Shown: positions 1 through 13,690, counted from the first letter of the stretch. The stretch is 61,333 nt of DNA from Negaprion brevirostris (GCA_030324005.1 JARDVH010000106.1:70744930-70806262), one strand, 5' to 3'. Translations and numbers: made by a program. The notes: generated by a model from the letters alone, not told the origin.

Positions 1-560
1 TGTCAGAATTTTATATGTTTCAATTAGATCCCCTCTCATTCTTCTGAACTCCAGTGAACACTGGCCTAGTTGACCTAATCTCGCCTCATAATCCATCCCA
101 GAAATCAGGCTGGTGAGCCTTCACTGCACTTCCATTGTGGCAAATATGCCCTTTTCTTGGGCATATTTGCCCCAATAATGCTCTATTGTGCACATATTAT
201 TCCTGGTGTGGTCTCAGTAAGACCTTGTACAGCTACAGTAAGACATCCTTTTTCCTGTACTTAAGTCCTTTTGCAATGAAGGTCAAGTAAGCATTTTCTT
301 CCTAATTGCTGACTACACTGCAAGCCTGCTTTCAGTACTAGTATATAAGGACATGCAAGTTCTTTTGTATGCCAACTATCCCCAATCTATCACTATTTAA
401 ATAATGCTTCACCATTCTGCTTATCTTACCAAAGTAGCTAACTTCACACTTGCCTTCTATTGCATCCGCCATGTATTTACCCATTCACTCAACTTGTCTA
501 AATCGCCTTGAAGCTCTTTACATCTCCCTTACCACTCTCATTCCCACCAGTTTAGTGTTG
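1..560 (-). mobile_element. CR1 LINE ORF2 3' fragment, degenerate
   Basis: Reverse complement resembles the CR1 RT C-terminal region (LYKVLLRPHQEYYVHN-like motif), with frameshifts. Confidence 0.75.
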
Positions 561-1076
561 ACAGCAAATGTGCATGTATCAATTTCTCACATTTTAAAAA
601 ATTGCTTCTCAAGACCCCTTTGACATTGTCTGCATTCGTCTGATGCTGCAGATCTAAATATTGAATTCAAATGCTTGGAATTATAAAATCGTGGTTATCT
701 GTTTAAATGAACTAGTTAAGAGAGAGCTGTGTGCATGCGTTGTGCCCGGTATCTAAAATAACAGCGCTAAACAATGCTGTCATGTGAAAATGTTAGTTTA
801 TGCTCTGTGTATTAGACGCAGAGTGTAACTTTGACTCACTCTGATAACACTGTAGTGCCAAGTTCCTGATAATGCCTATACAAATGAAAAATTAGTGCAC
901 ATTGTGGAAGTGCCACATCCAATACAAGTTAAATTGGAAAAAAACCCACAATTAGGACCTAATACCGTTTTTACCTGTTGTAGTGCCTGAAGTAGCCTTG
1001 TTCTTCATCGTAGCCAGGTTGCATTCCATTTGCCAATGCTCTGCCCACTGAACCATTGATATCCTCCTGCAGTCCA

Positions 1077-1635
1077 CGACTGAACACAGCTCAACAATCA
1101 CCAGGCAAGATTGTTCCCTTCCTGTTGGCGAACACTTCAGTGGTTACGGACATTCGGCCTCTGATCTTGGGGTAAACATTCTCCAAGATGACCTTCATGA
1201 CATAGGACAGTGCAGAGTCGCTGAGCGGAAACGTAGCCAAGTTCCGCACATGAGGATGGCCTCAACCGGGATCTTGGGATCATGTCACACCATCTNNNNN
1301 NNNNNNNNNNNNNNNNNNNNNNNNNNNNNNNNNNNNNNNNNNNNNNNNNNNNNNNNNNNNNNNNNNNNNNNNNNNNNNNNNNNNNNNNNNNNNNNNNNNN
1401 NNNNNNNNNNNNNNNNNNNNNNNNNNNNNNNNNNNNNNNNNNNNNNNNNNNNNNNNNNNNNNNNNNNNNNNNNNNNNNNNNNNNNNNNNNNNNNNNNNNN
1501 NNNNNNNNNNNNNNNNNNNNNNNNNNNNNAAGCTAGTGGCGTTTACTACCAAATAAACCTGTTGGACTTTAACCTGGTGTTGTGAAACTTCGTACTGTGT
1601 TTACCCCAGTCCAATGCTGGCACCTCTACATCATG
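1077..1635 (+). mobile_element. Penelope-like retroelement 3' end (GIY-YIG endonuclease C-terminus plus pLTR), interrupted by a gap
   Basis: Translates TITRQDCSLPVGEHFSGYGHSASDL...KFRTHEDGLNRDLG, followed by the terminal motif ACCAAATAAACCTGTTGGACTTTAACCTGGTGTTGTGA that recurs in the window. Confidence 0.8.
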
Positions 1636-2189
1636 AACCCCACGGGAAGCAGACTTCCAGACATAGAGATATTCTCTGCCATCACCTTCCTGCTTTCCTG
1701 CCTCTCAGTTTTGGATTCAATGTGCCACTGAGCCTTGGATCCCATGGGCCTTTACTTTCTTGATGATATGATATAACAATTTTATTTGCTCGAATACCAT
1801 GTTTTTGGAAGATGTGCCTGGGGAATACGAAATACTGTTTTTGTGTATTGGCAATGTACCACCTGCTGGCCAGACCCCGTGAACAGCTTTGGCACCAGAG
1901 GGTGAATAGTTATGCACAGAGGAGATTGATTATAACTGGAAGAAGGGAACATTATATGCAACAGAATGTGATCACAAATGAAGAGGTCTTGCTGACATTG
2001 ACGTTGTATAAACTGTTTTGACAATGATAGTTTGGACCCGATGGCATTAAAGCAAAGAGAAGTGAAAATCCCTGAAACCGAGTCAAGTAATTTGGACTTT
2101 ATTTCCAGTTTAGAGTGTACAAGTCTTGTGTCTGACATTGAAACCGTTTTGCAGCAACATTNNNNNNNNNNTGTGTATTAAACATAATT

Positions 2190-2770
2190 AATTGATCTTA
2201 ACTGATGGAGGCAGCAGAGTTTTGGACCTCAAGTTTAGGTCAAGAGTACATAAGAAGAGTCAAGTATAGGGGAATAAAGGCATGGATAAGAATTTCAGCA
2301 GAAGATAAGTTAAAGTGGGAATGCTATGAAGGGCAGTTAGGGATGGGTAACAAATACTCTTCTTGCCAGCAACGCCCAAACCTCATGAAAGAGAAAAGTA
2401 GAAATAGACAGTTTTGGCCGTGGTGCAAATCTGTGATTAAAAGCTTGGCTCAGATTTGTTATTGACGTTGCAAACTGTCTTATTTGTGCTCAGACAGTTG
2501 CCAATGGAGAAGGATGGATTCCGTGGCTAGGGAATAGATTTTTTGGTGGAGTCAAAAGATGATGGCTTTAGTCTTCCCAGTATTTAGATGAAGGGAATTG
2601 CTGTTCATTCATTATTGCATGTTGGACAAGCAGTCTGACAATTTCAAGATGCTGAAGGGTTTGAGAGAGGTGGTGGTGAGGTAGAGCTGGTATACAGTCG
2701 CTAGTCCATATGGAAACTAAAATATTTTAAGATGATGTTGCCATGAGGTACATGTAGACGGGGAATAGGA
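2190..2770 (-). mobile_element. L2-type LINE RT fragment, degenerate
   Basis: Minus strand gives a degenerate FHM.ADD.QLY...LSDCLSN...LNTGKTKAI RT segment. A related copy lies at about 7440-8150. Confidence 0.6.
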
Positions 2771-2814
2771 GACAAAGGTAGAACATAGTTACTGGACAAA
2801 CAATCCAGGAGTCT

Positions 2815-3340
2815 TCAAGAACAAGGGAGGTTATACTTCTGCCCGATCTGAAGTACTGTGTACAACATTGTTGGTCTGACTTAAGGAAAAATGTCATTGT
2901 CTTAGAAGTAGTTCTGAGAAGGCTGACTAGATGAATACCTGGAGTAGGCGAGAGTTTAGAAGAGTAAGAGGCAACTTGATTGCAATACAGAAGATCCTGA
3001 GGGGTACTTACAGGGTGGACGTGGAGAGGATGTTTCCTCTTGTGGGAGAATCTAGAACTAGGGGGTCACTGTTTAAAAATAAGGTTTTGCCTATTTAAAA
3101 TAGATGCGAAGAATTTCTTTTCCCTGAAGATTATGGGTCTTTGGAACTCTCTTCTCCAAAAGGAGGTGAAGGCAGAGTCTTTGAATAGTTTTAAGGCAGA
3201 GCTGGATATTTTCTTTCCAAGCAAGGTTTTGGCAAGAATGTGAAGTTGAGGTTAATATCAGATCATCCAAGATTACTTGGAATGGTGGAGTAGGCTTGAA
3301 AGGCCAAATGGCCTACTCCTCCGAATTCGTATGTTTGTAT
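2815..3340 (+). mobile_element. CR1 LINE 3' end inserted into a tRNA-derived SINE (SINE parts at about 2785-2810 and 3340-3620)
   Basis: GGHCLKIR...KNFFSLKIMGLWNSL CR1 C-terminal motif, plus a 3' tail ending GGCCTACTCCT...TATGTTTGTATG. Confidence 0.8.
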
Positions 3341-5861
3341 GGACTCATTCTCCAGATGGCGAAGTTCAAATCCCAACACTGAAGTACAGGATCTTAAATT
3401 CAATTGGTTAATAAATCTGGAATAAAATGATCATGAAATTGTCATAAAATACCATTTGGCAGAAAATCTGTCAGCCTTACCTCATCTGGCCCACACATGT
3501 CTCCAGATCCACAGCAGTGCGGGTGATTCTTAGCTGCTTCTGTAATGGCCAAGCAGGCCACTTAGTTGTATCATCCTGCTACAAAAAAGGAATTGTGCTT
3601 GTACCTACACCACATGGGCAGCAAGGAACTTGGAAGAAGTTTGATGCTGTGGGTTAAAGGAAGGGAGGGAAATGGCAGAGGCAGCGGATAAGATTGCCTC
3701 AGTGTCGATGACAAGGAAATCCATGAACTCCTCGCACTGGTTGAAGGAGGAAGTAGTGGAGTGGAGGTCAAGAAGGCAGTTTGCAGCAGAGAAGAGAAAC
3801 CAGAAGTTAACTTTGCATTCCAGGATGATCTTAGAATGTGAACAATTTTAGCAGATGAGAACTGGACCCAACAGTGATTTCTGATCGTCAGTTTTCCTCA
3901 TTATCCACTTAAGAATGTTTCCCTTAGATTTAAGGAATTGGGGATGAGATTTGAGGAACAGCCAGGTTAAGAGAATATAATGGTTTTAATCAGGACCAGG
4001 GCATCAAAGGTAGCGGTGAGGGTGCAGTTGAGCAGATAGCTAGCTGCAGGAATGACACAATGAACAGAAGACCAAAGGCTGGACAGCTGGGATTTTGAAA
4101 GAGTAGTTCTAAGTGAATTCAGGGAGTTGCTTTCCTAAAGAGATACAGCAGGAAGTAGGGCTTGGAAGGGAAGTGGGATGTAGGTGATGTAATGACGTAA
4201 TTAGAAATAACTTTACCTGTGATTGACTCTATGATGTGTGATGAGAAGCTCAAGGGGATGACTGTGAATATGGTTCATGAGTTTACATGGAGGAGGGGGG
4301 AAGAAGACAGAGACCAAATTTTGCCAGGGCCTGAGTCTTGACAATTGAAACTAGCAGTTAACTAAATGAAGGAGAAGGTGCACCCAGTTTTAGAAATGGG
4401 GACATGTCAATGTGATCAGTTGAAGAATATATCTATCTGTGCAGGACTGAGCTCCCTAAGAAGCTGACTGCCTAGGAACCATCTTGAAAACTTCAGTATC
4501 AAATGTTTCCTTAGTTACTGAAGCAGTCTATGAAGCAAGACCTGACTAATAGCCATACTTGGGCTGATAAATAGTAAGAATTGTTTGTGCTACACATGGG
4601 CCAGGCAATGATCATCTCCAACAAGAGATTGTCAAAACTCCCACTATTAACATCTTGAAACCACCATTGTCCAGAAACTTAACTCAGATAGCCACATAAG
4701 TTCTGTGGCGACTGCAGCAGGTCAAGAACTAGATATTTTGCAGCAAATGGGCTCACCTCGAGTACCCTGAGATGCCTGTCCACCACCTACAAGTTAAGAG
4801 TTTGAGAGAACGTTCTCCACTTGTCTGGATGGTTACAGCTGCTACAACACTCAAGAAACTCAGCATCATCAAATAATCCACTTTATATCCACCCTTCCAC
4901 TATCTCAAATTCAAAGGAAGTGGATAGCAGGGATTTGTGGGTAAGCAGGCTTTAATTATCAGGTACTCACCGGGTGAAGCCTTCCATTGTGTGCTGGAGC
5001 AGGCGAGTGAAGGAGCAGAGAGTCAAGTAAGAAANNNNNNNNNNNNNNNNNNNNNNNNNNNNNNNNNNNNNNNNNNNNNNNNNNNNNNNNNNNNNNNNNN
5101 NNNNNNNNNNNNNNNNNNNNNNNNNNNNNNNNNNTATTGAATGGCGGGGCAGGCTCGAGGGGCTAGATGGCCTACTCCTGCTCCTATTTCTTATGTTCTT
5201 ATGTTATGAATATCCATTCCCTCCACCAACTGTGGACCATGGCTGCAGTGTGAATTATCAACAGGAAGTACTGTGTCAGGTCGTTGAGGCTTCTTGAACA
5301 GCATTTCCCAATCCTGTAACTCCCACTATCTCTACCTTCTCCACCAAGTCACACATCATCCCTACAAGGACATGTACCAGTGTTCCTTCATAGCTGTGTC
5401 AAATCCAGTGAATCCCTATCATAACAGCACCTTAGGTGTACCTGCATCACATGAAGCAGTTCAAGAAGGCAGCTCATCATCATCTATCTGCTCAAGGAAA
5501 ACAAACGATCAATAAATGTTGACCTCACTAGTGACAGCCATCCTGATAAAGCAAATATCTTAAAAATGAAATGCTTTGGACCTTTTGCTGCATCTGTGTT
5601 CAGCCGAAATTGGGGTCAAGTTTCTGACAGTCCAAATATTGCTTTTAGAGAAGACAGGTTATATTTGTGGAAAATATTGCACTTGATATTTTAACCATTA
5701 TTCTTTCTATGTGGTCAGACTAAATCTGCAGAGTTTACAAAGTGGTTATGATCAGAATTGGTAATGTTTATGTAGATTGGGTATATTTTCCTTTATGGAA
5801 TTTTTTTATTTTATATTTTTTCAGTCATATCACAGAAATACTTTTCTTTTATCTTGCATAG

Positions 5862-5894
5862 GACAGTCAGAAGAGAAATCTGATGGCAACAGTG
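5862..5894 (+). CDS. GTF2F2: Putative 33-nt alternative (micro)exon of GTF2F2, encoding (G)QSEEKSDGNS
   Basis: CTTTTCTTTTATCTTGCATAG|GACAGTCAG...GGCAACAGTG|GTAAGT: strong acceptor and consensus donor. Length is divisible by 3 and the frame is open in phase 1, matching the start phase of exon 5. It sits in a non-repeat island. Confidence 0.75.
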
Positions 5895-6368
5895 GTAAGT
5901 GTAATATTTACATTTTCGTCACTTTCACTTTAGTGGCTGAAACCAAAAACAATTAACGAAAACATTTTAATTTGTGGTTTAGTTTTTCATTTTTGTAAGT
6001 TTTGTTAATAAGAGATTGAATATGGGTTGAATAAATGGGGTCAATTCCATGCAAAATACAATTGATCTTGTTTCTTTGAATTAATTGTATTGGACTCTGT
6101 CTGAGAACAAAACTGATAAAATGGTGCCCTAGGAAGGGCAATTCTGGTCCATCATGATGCTTTACGACAAACTCGCCGGACTTCGTAATTGTGGTCACAG
6201 TATACTGGCATCTGTTGGGTTGGAAGACAGTAGTGNNNNNNNNNNNNNNNNNNNNNNNNNNNNNNNNNNNNNNNNNNNNNNNNNNNNNNNNNNNNNNNNN
6301 NNNNNNAGATCGCTCGCCCAACCTTTTAGTAAGGTGAAAAGCAATCATGAGAAGCCAAAGCTTGCAAT

Positions 6369-6670
6369 TCATAGAATGCCTAGAGTACAGAAGGAGACCA
6401 TTTGGCCCATAAAGCTTGCACCAACTCTCTGACATAGTATCTTAACCAGGCCCTATCCCCGTAACCCCACTAATCCCCCTAACCTACATATCTTAGGACA
6501 CTAAGGGGTAATTTAACATGGCCAATTCACCAAACCTCTACATTCGTAGACTGTGGGAGGAAACCCATGCAGACAAGGAGAGAATGTGCAAACTCCACAC
6601 AGTCACCCAAGGGCCGGAATTGAACCCAGGTTCCTGGCACTGTGGGGTAGCAGTGCTAATCGCTGTGTCA
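6369..6670 (-). mobile_element. HE1 (V-SINE) tRNA-derived SINE
   Basis: Reverse complement has a tRNA-like head (TTAGCACTGCT...GGTTCAATTCC), the V-domain TGTGTGGAGTTTGCACATTCTCC and a CR1-like tail. Confidence 0.85.
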
Positions 6671-9600
6671 CCCACAATTGAGAAGTACGTTTGCTTATTG
6701 CTTGAATTCAACTCTAGAAGTTGGGTTTCAGTGTTAAACAGAACTTGTGCTTCAGTTATAAGGATCCTGTTTGGAAAGCTTGAGCACTTTCAGCCTGAAT
6801 CTTATTTTACGTATGTGGAGTTGACACGTGAGCTTATTATTGGGGGCATAGTTTTTTAAAGAGATTAATTTATATAGCACCTTACCAAATGTTGCAAATG
6901 TTTCAATGTGCAATTAATTCATTTTGATATAGAGTGACTATTATGTGATAAAGATGGAACTCAATTTGCAAAATCCGCAAAATCAAACTAAACCGATCAG
7001 CTAATATGTTTTGGTGATGGCTTGGGGGAGTTTTACTCTTCAATCCATTGTAGAGTACCTGACCTGAGATGTCTGCTTCTGTTAAATGGAAAGATATTTA
7101 ATTATCCAGCTCTGAATTTCTTCACTTTAATGAGGCATAAAATTAAAAGAAAGAGTAACCACTTCTACTACTCACGTTTGTCACAATTATCCTGTTTAAT
7201 GATGATTACAGCTGAGTTACTGAAGGTATCACAGTATTTTACACCATATCCACTTGCATTAATATAGCAGATTTAAGGTAATGGAACACTCCAAAGCACT
7301 TCACAGACACAAATGAATNNNNNNNNNNNNNNNNNNNNNNNNNNNNNNNNNNNNNNNNNNNNNNNNNNNNNNNNNNNNNNNNNNNNNNNNNNNNNNNNNN
7401 NNNNNNNNNNNNNNNNNNAAGCACTTCACAGACACAAATGAATAGATGCCAAGCTAACAAGAGAGGAAAATTTTTGTTGAATAATGGGTTTTAAACAGAT
7501 GTTTAATAATGGAACAGTGGAGTTGCCTGGGGAGAAATTTCTGCGTAGGAATAGACTGGAGCACCTGTTGGCCTCACCAAGAGTGGTGAGGGGGTGGGGG
7601 GGTGTGCGTAGAATTGGGACAAGGGAACACTGATGTAGGTAGACAGAGATGTACGATTGGAGGGACTTGCTTGGAGCTAGGATTAGGATGAGGCCATAAG
7701 GCTGTTGAAGGACAAAGATAAGAATTTTAAATTTAATGTGTTCATATGTGTGTAGGTGGTGAAAGTCACTGAGGAGAGGTGAGCAGGCATTTGGGGCAAT
7801 ATCTAAGCAGCATAGTTTTGAACAAGTTGGATTTTATGGAGAGAAGCAAATGGGAGGCCAGCAAGAACACCATATGAGAAGTCCAGTCTGGAAGTGACAG
7901 AGTTCCTTTTGTGACAGGGTGAAGGAAGTAAACGAACTAGGTATAGTTGCACTGTGGTGTGCAAATATCAGTCCTCAGCCAAATGGGAATGTGGGGATGT
8001 GAATGATCTATTTGAGCTTGAGTAATGGCAGGACCAGCAGTTTGTAATGGGAGGCAAAAAGCAATAGCGTTGGCCTTTCTAATGTTGAACTGGAGAAAAT
8101 TATACCATCCAAGACTCGCTGTCAGATAAACTGTGTGACAGGACAGCGTGCTTGTGGCAAAACGTGTATTATAGAATTATAATTGTACAGTTCACTTCCT
8201 CAGAGTTAGGAAACATTAAAGTTGAAGGAACAAGGGTCTTGGCTAATTTCCTTTAAATGCTCAAATTCCAGATTAGACTTTACCTGATTTTACTGAATGT
8301 GCAATATGTTTGTGCCTTTACATATGTAATTTCTGTTTGTTGATGCACATCAAAATGACAGAAATGTAGAGAGAAAGCAAGTGTGTAGCAGGCAGATTTC
8401 TAAATTGATTCACTCGTATGAAGGAACCTTCTCAAAAAATGTGGGATAAGCCATAGCAATCTTCAGATACTTCCCTGCTAGGCCTTTGCGTAAGTTGATT
8501 GAAGCAATGGGTAAAATGTACATGCAATAATTAAAGAATAAAGGAAACATATTAAAACTGCAGAGGATCAATTGGAGAAAAATGGAATCTGGAATACATT
8601 AGAAGCTGAAACTATTATATGACTGGTAATTGTATTGAGAATTGCATTAATGTTTTAGAGTGAATGGAATTCACAATCAAACTGATCTACGATCCTCCAC
8701 AGTGACATTTTGGTATTTTAGAAAATTAATGTCTATTCCTTTGGCATCTTTACTGACGCCATCCTGCTGATAGCTTCACTGTGTTCCGACTGCTGACCCT
8801 AGCAAATTCTTGCCCTTTCAATGCTCGCCCTCCTGATATTTATCTCCTCCCTGTTTATATGTTCACTTTCCTGGCCTCACCATTTGCTTTTTCTCCTGGT
8901 TTTGGTTTCCTCTGTCCTTACTGCTTGTTTTCCTGGTTCCTGCCAAGAGTGAAAACGAAGTACTCAGGATATTATGTATGAAGAAATAATTCAATACTGG
9001 AGAAACTAATGGGACTTCAAGTTGTCAAAACCTCTGGACTTGACATCCTGCATCCTAGTGTTTTAAGAAGCACAATGATAGTGGATGTATTGTTTTTCGA
9101 GCAGTGTCTCTGAATTTGACGGTGGGAAAACAGCAGTCAAGAGAGGAAGGAAAAAATGGGGAACCGTGGCTAATTAGCTTGACATCAATAGTAGCGAAAA
9201 TGGGGACATGATAACTGAGGCCTTAACAAATCATTATGTGACTGGGAGAGTCAACATGTCTTCATGGAAGGAAAATGTTTGTGAAAAATCTGTGTTTTCA
9301 CTTCACCAGATCATCACCTCACTTTTTGATATCAGCTCGGTGACCACAAGACTTAGGGGTAGAAATAGGCCGTTCGGCCCATCAAGTCTGCTCCCCCATT
9401 CAATGAGATCATAAGCATCAATTCCACTTTTTCACTGTATCCCCATAACCCTTGATTCCCTTACTGATTAAAAATTTATCTCTCGCAGTCTTGAACATAC
9501 GTAGTGACCTGGTCTCCACAGCTCTCTGCGGTGAAGAATTTCACAAATGATGATCCTGAATGATTCATACCATGCAGGATATGCTGAGTCACAAAGTTAC

Positions 9601-10829
9601 AGATTATGATGAAATATAATTTTGTTACAGCTGATGACCCACAGTGCCTCAACAATATCCAGATCTGAGCTGCTAGCTCTGTCCCCTTAAGCACAATAGT
9701 ATTGCCACTGTTGAGGGTGTCCTCAATGTGATGACACAACTTGGTTTCTATAATGAGTGTGCTTTGGTCATTCATACCAAAATTGTCATAGACAATCTGT
9801 AAGAGGTAGATTGGTCAAGTAGCTTTTTCCCTCTTGTTGATAACCCCACCATCTGCTTCAGGCCTAGTCTGACAGATTTGTTTTTAGGATTCAGCCATCT
9901 GGATTACTGGTGGTCCTATTGACAATCAAGTCCCTAACCCAGAGTACATTCTGTGCCTTTACTACCCTCTATGCTTCATCCAAGTGGTGTTCAAAATGGA
10001 GGATCACTTGTTCATCAACCAAGTGGGCATGGTAGGTGGTAATGTGTAGGGGGTTTTCTTGCCCATGTTTTGCCTAATGCCATGAAGCTTCATGCGGTCT
10101 GGAGTCAATGTAGAAAAATCCAGTTGCCACTCCTTCCTGACTGTGTTATCATCTCTGGTGAGTCTATCCTGCCGATGGAACAGGACATACCAAGAATGGT
10201 GATGTAGGAGTCTGGGACTTCGGCTGTTAAGGTATGATTTGATTAATATGACTATGTCAGGCTATTGCTTTACTAGTGTGGATCACGTTAATGGACAGAA
10301 AACAGAATATGAATAAATGAATAACTTTGTGTTGGTAGACTGGAACAAGCAAGTTTCAGTACATGAGCCTCAGTTATTTACAATCTAAATCATTAACTTA
10401 GATGTGGGAACCAAGTGTAAGTTTGCTAACAATACAAAGTGAGGTGGAAAAGTAAACAGTGGGAGAACGCAGGGACTCCAGTAGAATATAAACAGGTTGG
10501 GTAAGTGGACTTATCTCCAGTGTATAGCAAATGGAATATAAAAGAGGATGAGTGTTAAGTTACGTGGAGTATTGTGTGCAACTTTGATGTCCTTACTTCT
10601 TTGGAAGGAATGCTCAAAAGTGCACTGTCCTGTTTCTGTTATAGCATTAGACTAAATTCCGGGATGAGGGGATTGTCCTATAAGGTGAACTTGAGCGACT
10701 GTTAAATTCCATAAAACTTGTTGAAGGGTAGAACTAGAATCAATCTTCAGATGATTTTGTAAGCATTTATTTACAGGATTCCACATTACAAGCAAGCACC
10801 TCCTAACCCAACAACGACAGTTTCATGAG

Positions 10830-12020
10830 CAAAATACTGCGATTGCTGAAATCTGAAGCAAAAACAGAAAATGCTGGACATACTCAGCAGGCCTGGCATC
10901 ATCTGTGGAGAGAGAACCAGAGTTAATGTTTCAGAACCATGGATTCCCCGCAGTGCAGAAAGAGGCCATCTGGCCCATCAAATCTGATGTGGGTATGCTG
11001 GCGTTGGACTGGCGTAAACACAGTAAAAAGTCTGACAACACCAGGTTTTTATCAAATAAATAAAGGTCTATTATCAAATAAATCGGTTGGACTAAAACCT
11101 GGTGTTGTAAGACTTTTTACCATCAAACCTGCACAGATTCTCCAAAAGAGCACATCACCCAGCCTCTCCCCTCCGCCCTATCTCTGTAACCCCACACCTT
11201 TACCACCTAACCTATGCACCTTTGGGAACTAAGGGGCAATTTATTATGGCTAGTCCACCTTACCCGCACATCTTCCTGTGAGAGGAAGCAAGAGCATCCA
11301 GAGCAAACCCACATAGACATGGAGAGAATGTACAAACTCGACACACAGTCAGCCAAAGCCAGAATTGAACCCGGGTCCCTGGCGCTGTGAGGCAGCAGAG
11401 CTAACCACTGTGCCGCCGAACAGTGACCATACATCAGACTAGGAAAGGTTAGAGATATAATAGATTTTAAGTAGATGAAATGGGAGAACATGGAAGAAGA
11501 ACCAAGGAGGGAGATCAGTGACAGAATCAAAATGAGTTGTAATGGGACAAGTAAAGAAATAAAAGATATGGAAGGAGGTGGGAATGGCAGAACCATGAAC
11601 AGCTGCTGTCCTGAAAGCCAACTAAAAGATAAACGAGATTAAGACCAAAATATGCAAAGAAAATGAACTAAAATAGAAGCAGAGGTTATGGTCTGAAACT
11701 TCTGAACTTGAGATCAGAAGGTGTAAAGTGCAGAATCAGAAGATGAGGTGCTGTACCATAAATTTGCATTGAGCACCATTGGGATACTACATTAGGCCAA
11801 GGACAGAGATGCAAAGTGGAGAACTAAAGTAGCAAGTCACCAGTAGCTGAGGATCACCCTTGCACATGGAATGGAAGTATTCCACAAAGTGGTCACCTAA
11901 TCTGCTCTTGGTATCCCCAGTGTATGCAGAGTGCATTATGAGCAATGAATACAATATACCAAATTGAATGAAGTACACACAAATCACTATTTCATCTGAA
12001 AGGTGTACTTGGGACCTTTT
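10830..12020 (-). mobile_element. Penelope-like element (second family): GIY-YIG remnant plus pLTR, split by nested HE1 and mini-element insertions
   Basis: ORF 11787-11987 reads AYTGDTKSRLGDHFVEYFHSMCKGDPQLLVTCYFSSP, matching the GIY-YIG pattern YIGETKRRLGDRFAEH. The pLTR motif CAGATGATGCCAGGCCTGCTGAGT...CAGCATTTTCTG is on the minus strand at 10830-10935. Confidence 0.75.
10936..11417 (-). mobile_element. HE1 SINE, near full length, carrying a Penelope-derived insertion at 10987-11120
   Basis: Minus strand starts GGCGGCACAGTGGTTAGCTCTGCTGCCTCACAGCGCCAGGGACCCGGGTTCAATTC (Pol III A and B boxes) and continues into the V-domain. Confidence 0.9.
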
Positions 12021-12899
12021 GGCACCACTATTTCAGTCTGCCACTATTTATGGAGGCATAAACGAATCCTCAGTTAATGTCCACAACTTGCAATCAATTA
12101 AACTCAGTGAATGTGCGATTCACATAGAGTAGACCTATTTTTCCCAGAATTTAGATAGGCTTTTCATACTAGGGCAGATGCTGAGAGGATGTTTCTCCTA
12201 GATTCAGAGTTGAGAACAGGACATCCCAGTCTTGGAATAAGGGGGTAGCCATTTCGGATATTTTGGACTGAGAGATTTCTTCACTCAAAGCATTTTGATT
12301 CTTTGGAATTCAGTGCACAGAGGAGTATGGATGCTCAGTTGTCGATTATATTCAAGACAAGTTTGTTTTGGTGCAGGATTAAAGGATGATTGACCTTATT
12401 GTGCTCTTATTTCTTGTGTTCTTTTGTAATGCTGTCGCTTCTGGCTTCTGCCTCCCGTTACTCACTCTCTCTCTCAACCTCCATCACTGCTCCTCATTTC
12501 CTTCCTGCTGTGTGCCCCATCGAGCCATGATTTCTTCGACTTTGTCTCTGCTTTTGATCCTGATTCCTGTTCCTGCCAGGTCAACACCCCACCAATGCTC
12601 GACTTCGCATCCTTGCCAATGCTCCCCTTCAATCTCTGCTGAATTCCTTATGCAGTAGCTGCACAACCTCCCAGCTTCTGTCTCATGCTAATGCCTCTGT
12701 CACTGCTGTTCCTGATATTTGCCACTACCTTCATCCCCAGTTTCAGTGATACCCACATTTTCTTTCAGTTCCCTGCTCATGTAGATGGTATAAGATGTGG
12801 GGCAGCATGAATAGAAAGCTGGATGACAAATGCGAAGCAACGAGTTAGGGGAAATGTGTGTTGCTCAGAGGCCAGCAGGATTGGGACACAATAGCATTT

Positions 12900-13690
12900 G
12901 TTTCTTTCTCAATGCAAGTATAAATGATTCGCCTTGGGCATAAAAAGTATGACCTCAATATTCTGACACCACGAAATTAAGAGAGTTGACAAACTGAGGA
13001 TGACTATAAAAGACTTTTGAGGAATATGTTAGATACATTTCATTGTGGCTAAAAGCGAGGGAATGTGTTTTAGGAATATGTTTTAAACAGGGAGGGATTG
13101 GTTGGTTAAGACAAAAAATTACCACCATTTTGGGTTTTATTAAGAGGAGTATTGAACACAAGAGGATTGAAGTAATGATAAATTTGTGCAAAACACTGAT
13201 TAGGTGATAGGTTACTGTGTGATGGTTTGATTGCACCATTTTCAAAAGGACATTTAAGTCACTGATAGTTTAGGACATAATTCCACAAGGCCTAAAACTA
13301 TAGTTACAGGACAGATTTGAAGTGCTGGAATAGATCCACTTTTGGAGCAGAGAAGGATGAGAACGATTTAATAATTTTCTGAAAATTGGCGTATTTTGAA
13401 GGGGAAATACCTTCTTCTCTGGTTGGAGAATCATACAGTTCAGATTGAGTGTGTTTAGGACAGGTCATTACACACAGGTTTGTTGGAAAATGGAATTATT
13501 TTCACACTGTAGTTTAGGCAGAGACCATTGTATCCTTTAAGGGAAAATTGTATGATTATTTAAAGCAGGGAAGCTTCAGGATTGTGGGGAGAGAGCTATT
13601 CTGTGGAATTAGTTTTGGAATGATGTGGTAAAGAGCTGGCACAAATGCAGTGAGTTTACTGAGTGAATGCTGGAACCTTCTGTGGGTCTG
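12900..13690 (+). mobile_element. Old CR1 LINE 3' fragment
   Basis: Degenerate CR1 RT C-terminal sequence (e.g. GTAATGATAAATTTGTGCAAAACACTGATTAGG) and tail. Confidence 0.6.

Noticed and set aside
7293-7443. Direct repeat AAGCACTTCACAGACACAAATGAAT on both sides of a gap; likewise at 14350-14521 and 48721-48840
   Set aside because: Identical sequence either side of roughly 100-N gaps is typical of unmerged overlapping contigs, not biological repeats.
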